From contig CAVUMN010000004.1 of NCBI GenBank assembly GCA_963742735.1, positions 896,001 through 960,000 of the forward strand: a DNA stretch of 64,000 nt, read 5' to 3'. Each line of letters opens with the position of its first letter. Position 1 is the first letter of the stretch. Positions 48,307 through 58,444 of the stretch are shown piece after piece. A program made the translations under genes and the position numbers. This stretch comes from an uncultured Actinomycetes bacterium. Its GTDB lineage: Bacteria; Actinomycetota; UBA4738; JBBDTT01. The notes under the pieces are model-generated. The model was not told where the DNA came from. It saw only the letters and a program-made list of their open reading frames with translations, and did not search any database.

Positions 48307-48698
48307 GGCGCGGCGCATTCGAGCACGGGTCGGCGACCGTCGAGTTCGCGCTGGTCCTGCCGCTCGTTCTGCTGGTCGCGCTCGCGCTGCTCCAGGCGGG
48401 CGTGCTGATGGCCGACCGGCTGCTGGTCGCCAACGCCGCGCGGGCGGGCGCCCGGGAGGCCGCGGTGTCCATGGACGACGCGACCGTGCGCGACGCCGTG
48501 GCGCGGGCGGGAGGCCTGGATCCGGCGCGGCTCGAGGTGGCGATCGAACGCACCGGCGGGGCCGGTACGTCCGTGAGCGTCACCGTCACCTACCGGGCGA
48601 GCGTCGCCGTCCCGCTCGTGGGGTGGCTGTTCCCGTCGAGCCTCGAGATCGCCGACCGAGTGGCGATGCGCCAGGAGGTCGATGGCTCCCCGTCCTGA
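48303..48698 (+). CDS. tadE: TadE-like minor pilin
   Basis: EHG|SATVEFALVLP; AARAGAREAA. Confidence 0.88.
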   Translation: MRRGAFEHGSATVEFALVLPLVLLVALALLQAGVLMADRLLVANAARAGAREAAVSMDDATVRDAVARAGGLDPARLEVAIERTGGAGTSVSVTVTYRASVAVPLVGWLFPSSLEIADRVAMRQEVDGSPS

Positions 48699-49362
48699 CC
48701 CGGAGCGGGGCTCGATCTCGATCCTCATGGCGGTGGCGGCCGGGCTGGCCGTGCTCGTCTCGCTGCTGGTCATGGACCTGTGGCGGGCCGCGCTGGCCCG
48801 GCAGCAGGCCCAGACCGCGGCGGACGCGGCCGCCCTGGCCGCGGCGGGGGCGATGGCGTCGCCCTTCGGCGGCTCGCCGGTGGAGGCCGCACGGGACCTC
48901 GCCGAGCGCAACCGGGCGGAGCTGACCGCCTGCGCGTGCGACCCCGCGGATTCCGAGGCCGTCGTGACCGTGCGGGTGCGCTTCCGGCTCTTTGTGGTGC
49001 CGGGAGGGAGCGGGACGGTCACGGCGAGGGCGCGGGCAGTGGTGGAGATCGTGGCCGAAGGGGGTGCGGAGAGCCTTCGGCCCTGGTTCGCGGTCCGGGT
49101 GGGATGCCTGAGCCGGCTCGTGCCGGGGATCGTCGTGACGTCGGGCTTTCGGACACGCGAGCAGCAAGCCGCCCTCTACCGGACGAAGCCCGGCCTGGCC
49201 GCCCCGCCGGGCCATTCGTTGCACGAGCTCGGGCTGGCCGCCGACCTGGCGTTCCCCTCTCCGGCGGCCGGGCGGCGGGCCCACGCGCTGGCGCCCTCGT
49301 GCGGGCTCGGGTTCGAGGTCCCGGGCGAGCCCTGGCACGCCGCGCCCCTCGGCTGGGAGTGA
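48682..49362 (+). CDS. Tad pseudopilin (Rv3654c/TadG-like) fused to M15 Zn peptidase
   Basis: ERG|SISIL, AQTAADAAALAAA; C-terminal TSGFRT..QQ..LY, APPGHSLHELGLAAD, EPWH. Confidence 0.82.
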   Translation: MAPRPDPERGSISILMAVAAGLAVLVSLLVMDLWRAALARQQAQTAADAAALAAAGAMASPFGGSPVEAARDLAERNRAELTACACDPADSEAVVTVRVRFRLFVVPGGSGTVTARARAVVEIVAEGGAESLRPWFAVRVGCLSRLVPGIVVTSGFRTREQQAALYRTKPGLAAPPGHSLHELGLAADLAFPSPAAGRRAHALAPSCGLGFEVPGEPWHAAPLGWE

Positions 49363-49396
49363 TCCGGGCGCCACAGGGCCTTGGTACATTGCCCGC

Positions 49397-49909
49397 ATGG
49401 CCAGGCCGTTGATGGAGGACGCATTCGCGCATCACATGTGGGCGACGCTTCGGTTGGTGGATACGTGCCTCGCGCTCAGCCCCCAGCAGCTGGAGACCAC
49501 GGTCCCGGGGACCTACGGCTCGATCCTCGAAACGCTTCGCCACTGCATCGGGAGTGACGCGTGGGACCTGTTCGTCGCGACCGGTGACCGCGCCCCCCTC
49601 ATCGACGAGGACGAGATGCACCTCCCGGAGCTCCGGGCCGCGATGGAGAGCCACGGGCCCGCGTGGTCGCGGCTCCTGGCACGGGACCTCGATCCGGATG
49701 CCGTCCTCAACGAGGTGGACGAGAGCGACGGGTACGAGCGGAACATCGAGATGGGCATCCAGCTCGCCGCCGTGCTGCAACACGGCACCGAACACCGGAG
49801 CCAGGTCTGCACGATCCTCACGACGCTCGGCTGGGAACCGCCGGCCATCGATGCCCTGGAGTTCGGCATGCAGGTGGGCCGGGTCGTGGAGATCACCCCC
49901 GCGTCCTGA
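49397..49909 (+). CDS. DinB family protein
   Basis: HHMWAT, GSILETLRH, QHGTEHRSQ. Confidence 0.85.
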   Translation: MARPLMEDAFAHHMWATLRLVDTCLALSPQQLETTVPGTYGSILETLRHCIGSDAWDLFVATGDRAPLIDEDEMHLPELRAAMESHGPAWSRLLARDLDPDAVLNEVDESDGYERNIEMGIQLAAVLQHGTEHRSQVCTILTTLGWEPPAIDALEFGMQVGRVVEITPAS

Positions 49910-49950
49910 ACCCGGCCGCTTCGTCGGCCCCCGGGCGTACAATCCCGGCC

Positions 49951-50328
49951 ATGGCGATGGCGAGGCCCCGCCGGAAGGCCCCCGAGCTGGGGGTGGTGGA
50001 CTACACCCTGGCCAAGCGGGCGCTGGTCCGTGACGTGCAGCGCGGCCTGCTCGCCCGCTCCGACATCTGCGACGCCCACCCCGAGCTGCTCCGGGCCGCA
50101 CGCTACGTGGGCGAGCCCACCCAGCGGGCCTGTCCGGTGTGCTCCCAGGAGGACCTCCGCCTGCTGGCCTACGTCTTCGCCGACGACCTCAAGCGCGACA
50201 ACGGCCGGGTGTGGGAGCTCGACGAGGCCCTCGCGCTGACCTGCGCCGCCAAGGGCCGGGCCTGCTACGTGGTCGAGGTGTGCACGAGCTGCTCTTGGAA
50301 CCACCTGGCCGAGGCCTTTGTCGGGTGA
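49951..50328 (+). CDS. DUF5318 family Zn-binding protein (Rv0049-like)
   Basis: VDYTLAKRA, CDAHPELLRAA, CPVC, YVVEVCTSCSWNHL; TACAAT -10 at 49938 suggests a leaderless start. Confidence 0.88.
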   Translation: MAMARPRRKAPELGVVDYTLAKRALVRDVQRGLLARSDICDAHPELLRAARYVGEPTQRACPVCSQEDLRLLAYVFADDLKRDNGRVWELDEALALTCAAKGRACYVVEVCTSCSWNHLAEAFVG

Positions 50329-50382
50329 GGCTCCGGCCCGCCTGACCGCCCGGCCCGCCCGCTCCGGCCTCCCCGCACGTCC

Positions 50383-51261
50383 TTGATCGCCCTCCTCGGG
50401 ATCCCCCTCGCCCTGGCCGTGGGCGTGCTCGCCGACCTGGCCGGGGACCTGGCCCGCCGCGCCGCGGGCGGCCCCCGCTCCGGAGGGACCCCCGGCGACC
50501 TCATCCGGGCCCTCCGGAAGGCGCGCACCCGCGAGCCCGCCGGCGCACTCCAGGCCCTCGGGGCGCTCTCGGCCCTTCTCGGGGCCGGGGTGGCCGGCGC
50601 GTGCGTGCTCGGGGCGCTGCCCGGAGGGCTCCCGACGGTCGCGCTCTCGCTGATGCTCACCGGCGCCGGGGCCCGGCTGGCGCTGTCCGACCCCACCACC
50701 CGGGCCCGCGCCGAGCGGGCCGCCGGCGACCGGCTGCACGCGGTGGCGTTCGAGGCATTGCTCGGGGTGGCCCTGGTGGCCGCGTTCGCCCGGTGGCGGG
50801 CCCCGGACCTGGAGGCGATCCGGGGCGCTCAGGCCGTCCTGGGGCCGGGGATCGCCGTCGGTCCGGCGCTGCGGGCGGCCGCGTTCGGCCTGGCCTCGCT
50901 GGCCGCGCTCGTCGCCGGCGGGGCCCGCGTTCCGAACGCCGCCGCGGCCGCGCCCGGCCGGGGCCTGAGCCCGGAGGGCGCCCTGCTGGCCTCGCTGGCC
51001 CGGTGGTCCGGCCTGGGCGCAGCCGCCCTGGTGGGCGCGGCGCTCCTGGGCGGGCCGGCGGTGGGCTCCGCGGGGGAGTGGTCCTCGCCGGTGCTGGCCC
51101 TGCCGATCTGGACGGGCGCCGTGATCGCCTCCGCCGCGCTGGCGGGGCTCGCGTCGTGGGCCCTGGGGGCGCGGCCCGCGCGGATCGGCCCGCGGCTCGT
51201 GGGGCTGGGCCTGCTCGCCATCGCCGTCGGTGGATCGTTCGCGCTGGGGGTGATCGGGTGA
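50383..51261 (+). CDS. Membrane protein, degenerate NuoH/HyfC-like
   Basis: About 8 TM; GP...GDLIRALRK, AVAFE, ARVP echo NuoH motifs. Confidence 0.5.
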   Translation: MIALLGIPLALAVGVLADLAGDLARRAAGGPRSGGTPGDLIRALRKARTREPAGALQALGALSALLGAGVAGACVLGALPGGLPTVALSLMLTGAGARLALSDPTTRARAERAAGDRLHAVAFEALLGVALVAAFARWRAPDLEAIRGAQAVLGPGIAVGPALRAAAFGLASLAALVAGGARVPNAAAAAPGRGLSPEGALLASLARWSGLGAAALVGAALLGGPAVGSAGEWSSPVLALPIWTGAVIASAALAGLASWALGARPARIGPRLVGLGLLAIAVGGSFALGVIG

Positions 51262-52934
51262 GGAGCCTCCTGCCCCTCACGATCCTGGCCCCCGGGGCCG
51301 CCGCCGTGCTGTCCCTCGTGCCGGGCCGCCCGGTTCGCCGCGCCCTGTGGTTCGCGGCCATGGCCGCCGCCCTCGCCGGGGCGGCCGCAGCGTTCTGGGA
51401 GGCCTACGGCGGGGATCCCCTCGTGTGGCGGGGGTTCCGGGGCGGGCTCCTGGCCTCCACCCTCGTGGCGTCGCTCATTCTCGGGACGATGCTCGCCGGG
51501 GCCCGCGCGTCCCGGCTCTCGCCCGAGACCGAACGGCTGGCGCTGATCGGCCTGGCGGTGGGCGCCTGCGGCGCCGCGGCGTGCGCGCTCCAGACGGGGA
51601 CGGCCGCCCTGGCCCTGTTCGTCCCCCTGCCGACCCTGGGGGTGGTGGTGGCCACCCTCGCCGGGCGGAAGGCGGCGCTTCCGGCCGCGGGGATGGTGGG
51701 CCTCGCCCTGACCGACCTGGCCGCGGTGGCGGGGCTGTGGCTGATCACCGACGCCGCCGACTCCAGCATGCTGAGCTCGGGAGGCGTCTCCGACGCCCTC
51801 GGCGCCGGCCTGGTCCTGGCGGCGGCGGCCGTGAAGGCCGGGGCCGTGTCCTTCGCCGGCGCGTGGGCGGCGGGCGACGGCGTCCCGGCGGCCCGTCTGG
51901 CGGTGGTCCCGGTGCGCGTCCAGGGGCTGGCCCTGGCCGTGGTGGCCGGCCTCACCCTGCGGCCGGCGGTGAGCGACGAGGTACTGGTCGGCTCGGCCGC
52001 CGTCCTGGTCCTGGCGTGCGGGCTGTCGGCGCTGCTGCCCGGCCGGGGAGCCAACGGGATCGCCGGCGCCGGCCCGGCCGTGGCCGGCGTCGCCCTGGGC
52101 ATGGGCGGCGCCATCGGGGCCCGCGGGTTCGCGCTGCTGGCGGCGATCCTGCCGCTCCTGTGGGGGCTGGCCGCGATGCTGCTGGCCGAGGACGAGCCCG
52201 GCCGGGAGGCGGCGGAGCGCGGCTCAGGCTGGGGGATCGCCTCGACGGTCGCGGCGGGCGCCGTCCTGGCCTCCCTGGCGCTGCTGCCGCCGGGGGGCGG
52301 GTTCCCCGGCGCGTGGCTGGTGCTCTCCCTGGGGATGGCCCGCGCGCCGGCGGACCTCACCTGGCTCATCCCCGTGGGCGCCGTCCTGGTGGGGCTCGCC
52401 GCGGCGGCGCACGGGGCCGTGCGGGCGGTCCGGGGCGCGGTCGTCTCCCGCCTGGCCGCGGTCGGGCTGGCCGGGGCGGCCGCGTCGCTCTACGCCGGGG
52501 TCCTGTCCGGCCGGCTCGCCCTCGGGTGGCTGGCGCGCGTGGGCCGGGACCTGGGCCTCCCGTCGGTGCTCCCCAGCGCCGGCGCACCCGACCTGCCCCC
52601 GTTCCCGGCGGCCGGCCTGGCCGTGGCCGCGGGACCCGCCCTGCTCCTGGTGGGGCTGATCGCCGTCCGAACCCGCGGCGTCCGCGGCCCCGGCCCCGAG
52701 GCCTCGCCCCAGCGCGCGCGGGAGCTCCCGCCGGCCCCGCTGGGGATCAGCCCTCGGGACCAGATGCGGTTCGTCGTCGTGAACGCGATCCGCGGCGCGC
52801 GGACGGCCGTGCGGCTCGGCCGGGCCTGGCGCGCTCGCGGGCAGGCGTGGGGCGTCGTGCTCGTCGCCGAGGCCCTGGCGTTCCTCGGCGTGGCCCGGAT
52901 CGTCCTGGCCGCCGTGGACCGGGGCTTCCTCTAG
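51258..52934 (+). CDS. Polytopic membrane protein, degenerate NuoL/N/MrpD-like antiporter subunit
   Basis: GTGA overlap; VKAGAVSFAGAW and SLALLPPGGGFPGAW echo KxGxxPFHxW and SLxGxPPxxGFxxKW. Confidence 0.55.
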   Translation: MRSLLPLTILAPGAAAVLSLVPGRPVRRALWFAAMAAALAGAAAAFWEAYGGDPLVWRGFRGGLLASTLVASLILGTMLAGARASRLSPETERLALIGLAVGACGAAACALQTGTAALALFVPLPTLGVVVATLAGRKAALPAAGMVGLALTDLAAVAGLWLITDAADSSMLSSGGVSDALGAGLVLAAAAVKAGAVSFAGAWAAGDGVPAARLAVVPVRVQGLALAVVAGLTLRPAVSDEVLVGSAAVLVLACGLSALLPGRGANGIAGAGPAVAGVALGMGGAIGARGFALLAAILPLLWGLAAMLLAEDEPGREAAERGSGWGIASTVAAGAVLASLALLPPGGGFPGAWLVLSLGMARAPADLTWLIPVGAVLVGLAAAAHGAVRAVRGAVVSRLAAVGLAGAAASLYAGVLSGRLALGWLARVGRDLGLPSVLPSAGAPDLPPFPAAGLAVAAGPALLLVGLIAVRTRGVRGPGPEASPQRARELPPAPLGISPRDQMRFVVVNAIRGARTAVRLGRAWRARGQAWGVVLVAEALAFLGVARIVLAAVDRGFL

Positions 52935-52986
52935 GTCCCGGCCAGGTCCCGGCGCAGTTCGGGGCGGTCGGTAGAATGGGCGAACC

Positions 52987-55070
52987 GTGGCCTCTCGCAC
53001 GGTCCCAAAGCGCAAGGGACCCCCCAGACACGCGCCCAAGAAACCCGTTCGCCGCAAGAGCCAAAAGCGCGGCTTCTTCCGCCGTTTCTGGTGGCTGTGG
53101 GCGAGCCCGCTCATCGCGCTCGCCGCCGTGCTCGCCACCGTGTTCGTCGTCTACACCCAGCTCGAGCTGCCCGACGCGCCGCCCATCGCGAGGACCACGC
53201 AGGTCCTGGACCGCCACGGCAAGCAGATCACCACCTTCCACGCCGAGGTCGACCGCACCCCGATCCACCTCAAGGACATGCCGCAGCACCTGCGCAACGC
53301 GGTCATCGCCATGGAGGACCGGGACTTCTACGGGCACAAGGGGGTCAGCTGGTGGGGGATCGCCCGCGCGGCGTGGGCCGACCTTCGCAGCCGCCGCCTG
53401 GAGCAGGGCGGCTCGACGATCACCCAGCAGTACGTGAAGACCGTCTACACCGGCAACGAGAGGACGATCCTGCGCAAGGTCAAGGAGGGCATGCTGGCCC
53501 TCAAGCTCGAGAAGCAGTTCACCAAGGACCAGATCCTGGCGCGGTACCTGAACGCGATCTACTTCGGCCGGGGGGCGTACGGGATCCAGGCGGCCTCGCG
53601 GACCTACTTCGGGGTGGCCGCGAAGCAGCTCACGCTCAACCAGTCGGCCACCCTGGCCGGCATCATCTCGGCGCCGGAGTCGTACAACCCCGTCACCAAC
53701 CCCGAGGAGGCGAAGGTCCGCCGCAACCTCGCCCTGGGCCGCATGGTCGAGGAGGAGTACATCACCCAGGCCACCGCGAACAAGACCCGGGCCCAGGACA
53801 TCGAGGTGGTCGTCCGCGCAAAGCCCCAGCTGGTCGAGCACGGCGCCGACTTCGTCCACTACGTCCGCCGGCAGCTGCTGGGCCAGCTCCACGACGAGGA
53901 GGTGTTCGCCGGCGGCCTGCGGGTGAAGACGACCCTGGACCTGGAGTGGCAGAAGGCGGCCGAGACGGCCGTCGCCAAGTACCTCGGCACCAAGGGCGAC
54001 CCGTTCGTGGCGCTCGTGGCGATCGACCCGAAGACCCGTGAGGTCCGGGCCATGGTGGGCGGCGGCAAGAACAAGAACTCCGTGGACTTCAACTTCGCCA
54101 CCGAGGGCCACCGGCACGCGGGGAGCGCGTTCAAGCCGTTCGCGTTCGCCGCGGCGATGGAAGCCCGCATCTCGCCGTTCTCGGTGTGGACCGGACCGAG
54201 CTCGATCACCATCGACGACCGCCGGTGCGACACCCCCGGCAAGGTCCCCCCGAGTGGAAGCCCAGCAACGCCGGCGACTCCAGCGCCGGACGGATGAGCC
54301 TGCTCAACGCGACCGCGCTGTCCGTTAACACGATCTACGCGCAACTCGTCACCGATCTCGGGGAGGGGCCGGCGTCGGTGGCCGAGCTCGCCCAGCGAGT
54401 GGGGATCCGCTCCCCCCTGTCCTCGGTGTGCTCGATAGTCCTCGGCGCCGGAGGCGACGTGAGCCCGTTCGAGATGACCAATGCGTACGCCACGTTCGCG
54501 AACAACGGCGTGTGGATGGAGCCGACCGGCGTGGTCGAGGTCAAGAAGGGTGGCTCGACGGTCGAGCTCACCCGGGAAAAGAGGAGGCGCGCGCTCACCG
54601 CCAACGATGCGCACCTGGTGAGCTACGCCCTGCAGGGGGTGGTCCAGTACGGCACCGGCACCGCGGCCGGGATCGGGAGGCCCGTGGCCGGCAAGACCGG
54701 CACGTCGCAGGAGGGCACCGACGCTTGGTTCTGTGGGTACACCACGCGGCTGGTGACCTGCGTTTGGATGGGGTACCGGACCCGGATCCCCATGCATGAC
54801 ATCGGGGGGTTCACGAACATCTACGGCGGCACGATCCCCGCCCTGATCTGGCACGACTTCATGTCGCTGGCGACGGCGAACGATCCGATCGAGGACTTCC
54901 CGACCCCGTCCTTCGAAGGCAAGGACCTCAGCCCCTTCGAGCCCGACCCCGAGCCCACCGGGTCCCCGTCGCCGTTGCCCTCGCCGAGTCCCTCGCCGTC
55001 GCCCGAGCCCTCGCCCGAGCCAAGCCTGAGCCCGTCGCCGGATCCCTCGGAGAGCCCGCCGGATCCCTAG
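52987..55070 (+). CDS. ponA: Class A penicillin-binding protein (PBP1A), one frameshift near 54245
   Basis: EDRDFYGH, GGSTITQQ, YLNAIYFG, SAFK; then in another frame SVN, KTGT; Pro/Ser tail. Confidence 0.9.
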
Positions 55071-55699
55071 TCGATCAGGCCCCGCCGCAGGGCCTCGGCC
55101 ACCGCGGCCGTGCGGTCTCCCGTCCCGAGCTTCTGGTAGACGTGCTCCAGGTGGGTCTTGACCGTGTCGACCGACACGAACAGCCGCTCGGCGATCTGGG
55201 GGTTGGTCGATCCGTCCGCCAGAAGCCGGAGGATGTCCATCTCCCGGCTCGTGAGCTGGCCGGGGCCGGTCCGCGCCCGGGGCGCGTTGAGCTCCTCGGT
55301 GACGAACGGGGCCAGGTCCGGGTCGAGGACCATGTGTCCCTGGGCGACCATCTTCACCGCGTCCATCAGCACGGTCGCGTCCCGCGTCTTCAGGATGTAC
55401 CCCCGGGCGCCGGCCCGGACGGCCTCGACCACGTAGTGCCGCTCGTCGTACGCGGACAGGATGATGACGCCCGTCTCCGGCGAGGTGCCGGCCACCTCCC
55501 GGGTGGCGCTGATCCCGTCCAGGTCGGGCATGTTGATGTCGAGCACGGCCACGTCGGGGTGTTCGGCGGCGATCAGGTCCGCGGCCTGGCGGCCGCTCTC
55601 GCACTGGGCGAGCACCGTGATGTCCGGGTTCGTCTCCAGGTATCCCTTCAGGCCGCGGCGGACCAGATCATGGTCATCGGCGACGATCACGCGGATCAC
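55067..55699 (-). CDS. NarL/LuxR family response regulator
   Basis: ADDH, LDINMP, GYILK, LTSRE, TVKTH. Confidence 0.93.
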   Translation of the reverse strand: MIRVIVADDHDLVRRGLKGYLETNPDITVLAQCESGRQAADLIAAEHPDVAVLDINMPDLDGISATREVAGTSPETGVIILSAYDERHYVVEAVRAGARGYILKTRDATVLMDAVKMVAQGHMVLDPDLAPFVTEELNAPRARTGPGQLTSREMDILRLLADGSTNPQIAERLFVSVDTVKTHLEHVYQKLGTGDRTAAVAEALRRGLID

Positions 55700-55740
55700 G
55701 GGCCCTCCCCAAGCTTCTCGCCTGGGGCATTGTTAGCCCT

Positions 55741-57024
55741 TTAGAAGACGTAATACCAATTGACGAAGAGCACGGTCATCATCCCGAGGCCGATCGCCGA
55801 CGTCGCCACGATCGTGTCGTGGACGCCCCGCCGCTCGCCCCACTTCGCGAACGCCCAGAACACCGGGAAGATCGGGAGCAGGAACCGGGGCACGGACATG
55901 AACGGCCGGGGCTCGAAGATGTAGACGAGCGGCGCGGCCAGGCTCGCCCAGGCGTAGACGCCGAACACCGGCCGGAACCGCCACACGGCGTAGCCGCACG
56001 CGATCAGGCAGGGGATCACGATCAGCCAGTCCAGCAGGTGGTAGCCGCCGGCGTACACCCCGATCCAGCGGAACGCCTCGCGGGTCGCCTTCGCGATCGT
56101 CGACAGCGGGAACGACGCCTCGCGCTGCCAGGCCTTCTGCTGGTGCAGGGGCGCGAGCCAGTCGCCCGAGAACCGCTCCCAGAACCACAGGTACGCCCCG
56201 GTGCCGGCCACCACGAGCCCCGACCACAGCCACGCGAACGTCAGCCTGGAGTTCGCCTCGCCGGCCGGCTCGCCGCGTTCCCGCGCCTCCCGCCACTGGT
56301 GCATCGCCTCCCACGCCAGCGGCGCCACCAGCACCAGCCCCACGTTCCGCGTCAGCGCCGCCAGGGCGCCGCACACCCCGGCGACGGCCCACCTCCTGCG
56401 CCGGGCCCCCCACAGCGCCGTGATCGCGAGCAGCAGGAACAGCGACTCGGAGTACGGCGCCAGGAAGAAGAACGCGGTCGGGAAGATGGAGATGTACAGC
56501 ACCGCCCGCCGCGCGTGGTCCTCGGAGAGCTCGCTGCGGGTCAGGAAATACAGCACCCCGAGGGCGGCCAGGAAGGCCAGGTTCGAGATCAGCAGCCCGG
56601 CGGCCAGCGGGTGCCCGCCCATGAGCCACGACACGCCGCGGATCGCCAGCGGATAGCCGGGGAAGAACGCCGCGCTCCCGTCCCCGTCGATGTACCCGGT
56701 CGAGGCGATCCGCAGGAACCACAGCGCGTCGAACCGCTCGAACGACGTCACCGCGTTGTCCCACCCCAGGGTGCGGGGCAGCGGCGGAGCGAGCCAGCCG
56801 TCCACGTCCACGGGGCCGGGGATCCCCTCGACGTCGCCGGCCCGGAACGCGGGCAGGACCGCCACCGCGACGACGGCCAGGATCGTCAGGCCGATCCGCA
56901 TGGCCAGGAACACCTTCAGGACGTAGAGCCACCCGCGCCGGAGGTCCTCGGCCGTGGTGCCCGGCCCGGCGGCGGGCTCCTCCGCCGGCGGCGGCGGGAG
57001 GTCCCGCGCCGCCTGCGTCCTCAC
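55741..57024 (-). CDS. Mannosyltransferase family (PIG-V-like GT-C) protein
   Basis: FDALWFLRIA..GY, AFFPGYP, YSESLF, TRNVG, PRF. Confidence 0.85.
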   Translation of the reverse strand: MRTQAARDLPPPPAEEPAAGPGTTAEDLRRGWLYVLKVFLAMRIGLTILAVVAVAVLPAFRAGDVEGIPGPVDVDGWLAPPLPRTLGWDNAVTSFERFDALWFLRIASTGYIDGDGSAAFFPGYPLAIRGVSWLMGGHPLAAGLLISNLAFLAALGVLYFLTRSELSEDHARRAVLYISIFPTAFFFLAPYSESLFLLLAITALWGARRRRWAVAGVCGALAALTRNVGLVLVAPLAWEAMHQWREARERGEPAGEANSRLTFAWLWSGLVVAGTGAYLWFWERFSGDWLAPLHQQKAWQREASFPLSTIAKATREAFRWIGVYAGGYHLLDWLIVIPCLIACGYAVWRFRPVFGVYAWASLAAPLVYIFEPRPFMSVPRFLLPIFPVFWAFAKWGERRGVHDTIVATSAIGLGMMTVLFVNWYYVF

Positions 57025-58412
57025 GCCATCTCCTCCACGGGGAACCGCGTCAGCCTGGGGGCCACGTCCTCGGCCCGCCGGTCGGTCGGCATGCGCACCC
57101 ACACCACGAGCGCCCAGATCAGCACGGCCATCCGCGCGAGCAGCGCCAGCTTGAACGAGCCGAACGGCACCCCGCCGCCGATGTTCGGGTCCAGCTCGGC
57201 GAACCATCGGAACCGCGTGAAGTAGACGGCGATGTCCGTGAGCGAGAACGCCACGAAGATCGGGATGTTCGGCAGCGCCAGGGCGAACCACGGCAGCAGC
57301 CACAGCCCGTACTGCGGCGAGTAGACCTTGTTCGTCAGCAGGAAGGCGACCAGCAGCGGGAACCCGAACGACCAGGCGGGGAACCCCGGCTCGCGAGCCG
57401 ACTTCACCGTCCACAGCGTCACCGTCAGCGCGACGAAGGTCCCGAGGGTCAGCACGTTCAGCAGCGTCTGGTTCCACGCGAACGATCCGCCGCTTCCCGT
57501 GATCTGCTCGGAGATCAGGAACCAGATGCTGTCCCAGTCCGCGCCGCGCTCGGAGTTGAACCGGAAGAAGACCGTCCAGTTCTCCCACCCGAAGGCCGCG
57601 AAGGGCAGGTTCGCCGCCGCCCACGCGCCGGCCGCCACCAGCGCGACGCGGATGGCGCCGGGACGGTCCTCCTTGAGCCGGCCCAGGGCGAACGGGACCA
57701 CGAGGAGCCCCGGGTAGAGCTTCGTCGCCGCGCCCAGGCCGAGGAGCCCCCCGGCCCAGCTATGTTCTCGGCGGAGGTAGTAGTAGGTCCCCGCGGTGGC
57801 CAGGAACACCGCCAGCAGGTCCCAGTTCATCAGGCCGTAGATCAGCAGCGTGGGGGCCATCGCGAAGTACATCGCCCGGGCCCCGGCCATGCGCCCCAGC
57901 AGGATCGTCGTCCCCACCGCGGCCGCCCCCAGCAGCAGCGCCGTCGCGAAGAAGAACGGCTGCCCGGGAGCGGGATTATCCAGGTAGTAGGGGTTCCCCG
58001 GCACCGGCTCGGCTGAGTCGGCGGTTTTCGGCAGAGGAAGGGCCGTAAACCATTGAAGGGCGCCGGTAACTACGGGGTACTCGTTTGCCGAGTGGATGTA
58101 GGGAACGCGGCCGAAGTCCAGTCGTTCTCCAATGAGCGATCCATCCGGGCCACCTCGGGGGCTCGACCACAGCGGCAGGATGTCCGTGTAGCAGGGGAGC
58201 ACGAAGTAGGCGTGGGGGTTCTCCCCGTCGGAGAGGCCCCGCCCGTATTGCTTCCCGTCCCAGTCCTGGAAGATGCAGGGCGCCTTGGTCAGCCAGAACC
58301 CGAAGAACAAGCAAAGCAGGACGGTCGTGACGATGACCCCCGTGCGCACGACGAGCTGCGTCTGTCCGTACTCCGGCGGTGGCGAGGGAGGGAGCCCGAC
58401 CCGAGGCCGCAT
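57021..58412 (-). CDS. GT87 family glycosyltransferase (Rv0051-like)
   Basis: CYTDI, EYPV, NWDL, GLGAATKLYP, KVYSPQY. Confidence 0.88.
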   Translation of the reverse strand: MRPRVGLPPSPPPEYGQTQLVVRTGVIVTTVLLCLFFGFWLTKAPCIFQDWDGKQYGRGLSDGENPHAYFVLPCYTDILPLWSSPRGGPDGSLIGERLDFGRVPYIHSANEYPVVTGALQWFTALPLPKTADSAEPVPGNPYYLDNPAPGQPFFFATALLLGAAAVGTTILLGRMAGARAMYFAMAPTLLIYGLMNWDLLAVFLATAGTYYYLRREHSWAGGLLGLGAATKLYPGLLVVPFALGRLKEDRPGAIRVALVAAGAWAAANLPFAAFGWENWTVFFRFNSERGADWDSIWFLISEQITGSGGSFAWNQTLLNVLTLGTFVALTVTLWTVKSAREPGFPAWSFGFPLLVAFLLTNKVYSPQYGLWLLPWFALALPNIPIFVAFSLTDIAVYFTRFRWFAELDPNIGGGVPFGSFKLALLARMAVLIWALVVWVRMPTDRRAEDVAPRLTRFPVEEMA

Positions 58413-58444
58413 CGGGTGAGTATCGCCTATATCCTGGCCACCCC

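Noticed and set aside
54230-54300. Possible programmed frameshift or split PBP1A
   Set aside because: A single missing base near a G/C run (AAGGTCCCCCC) restores a normal PBP; an assembly indel is more parsimonious.
54940-55066. Short tandem repeats (also 33140-33310)
   Set aside because: They encode Pro/Ser/Thr/Glu linkers; they are not CRISPR or non-coding repeats.
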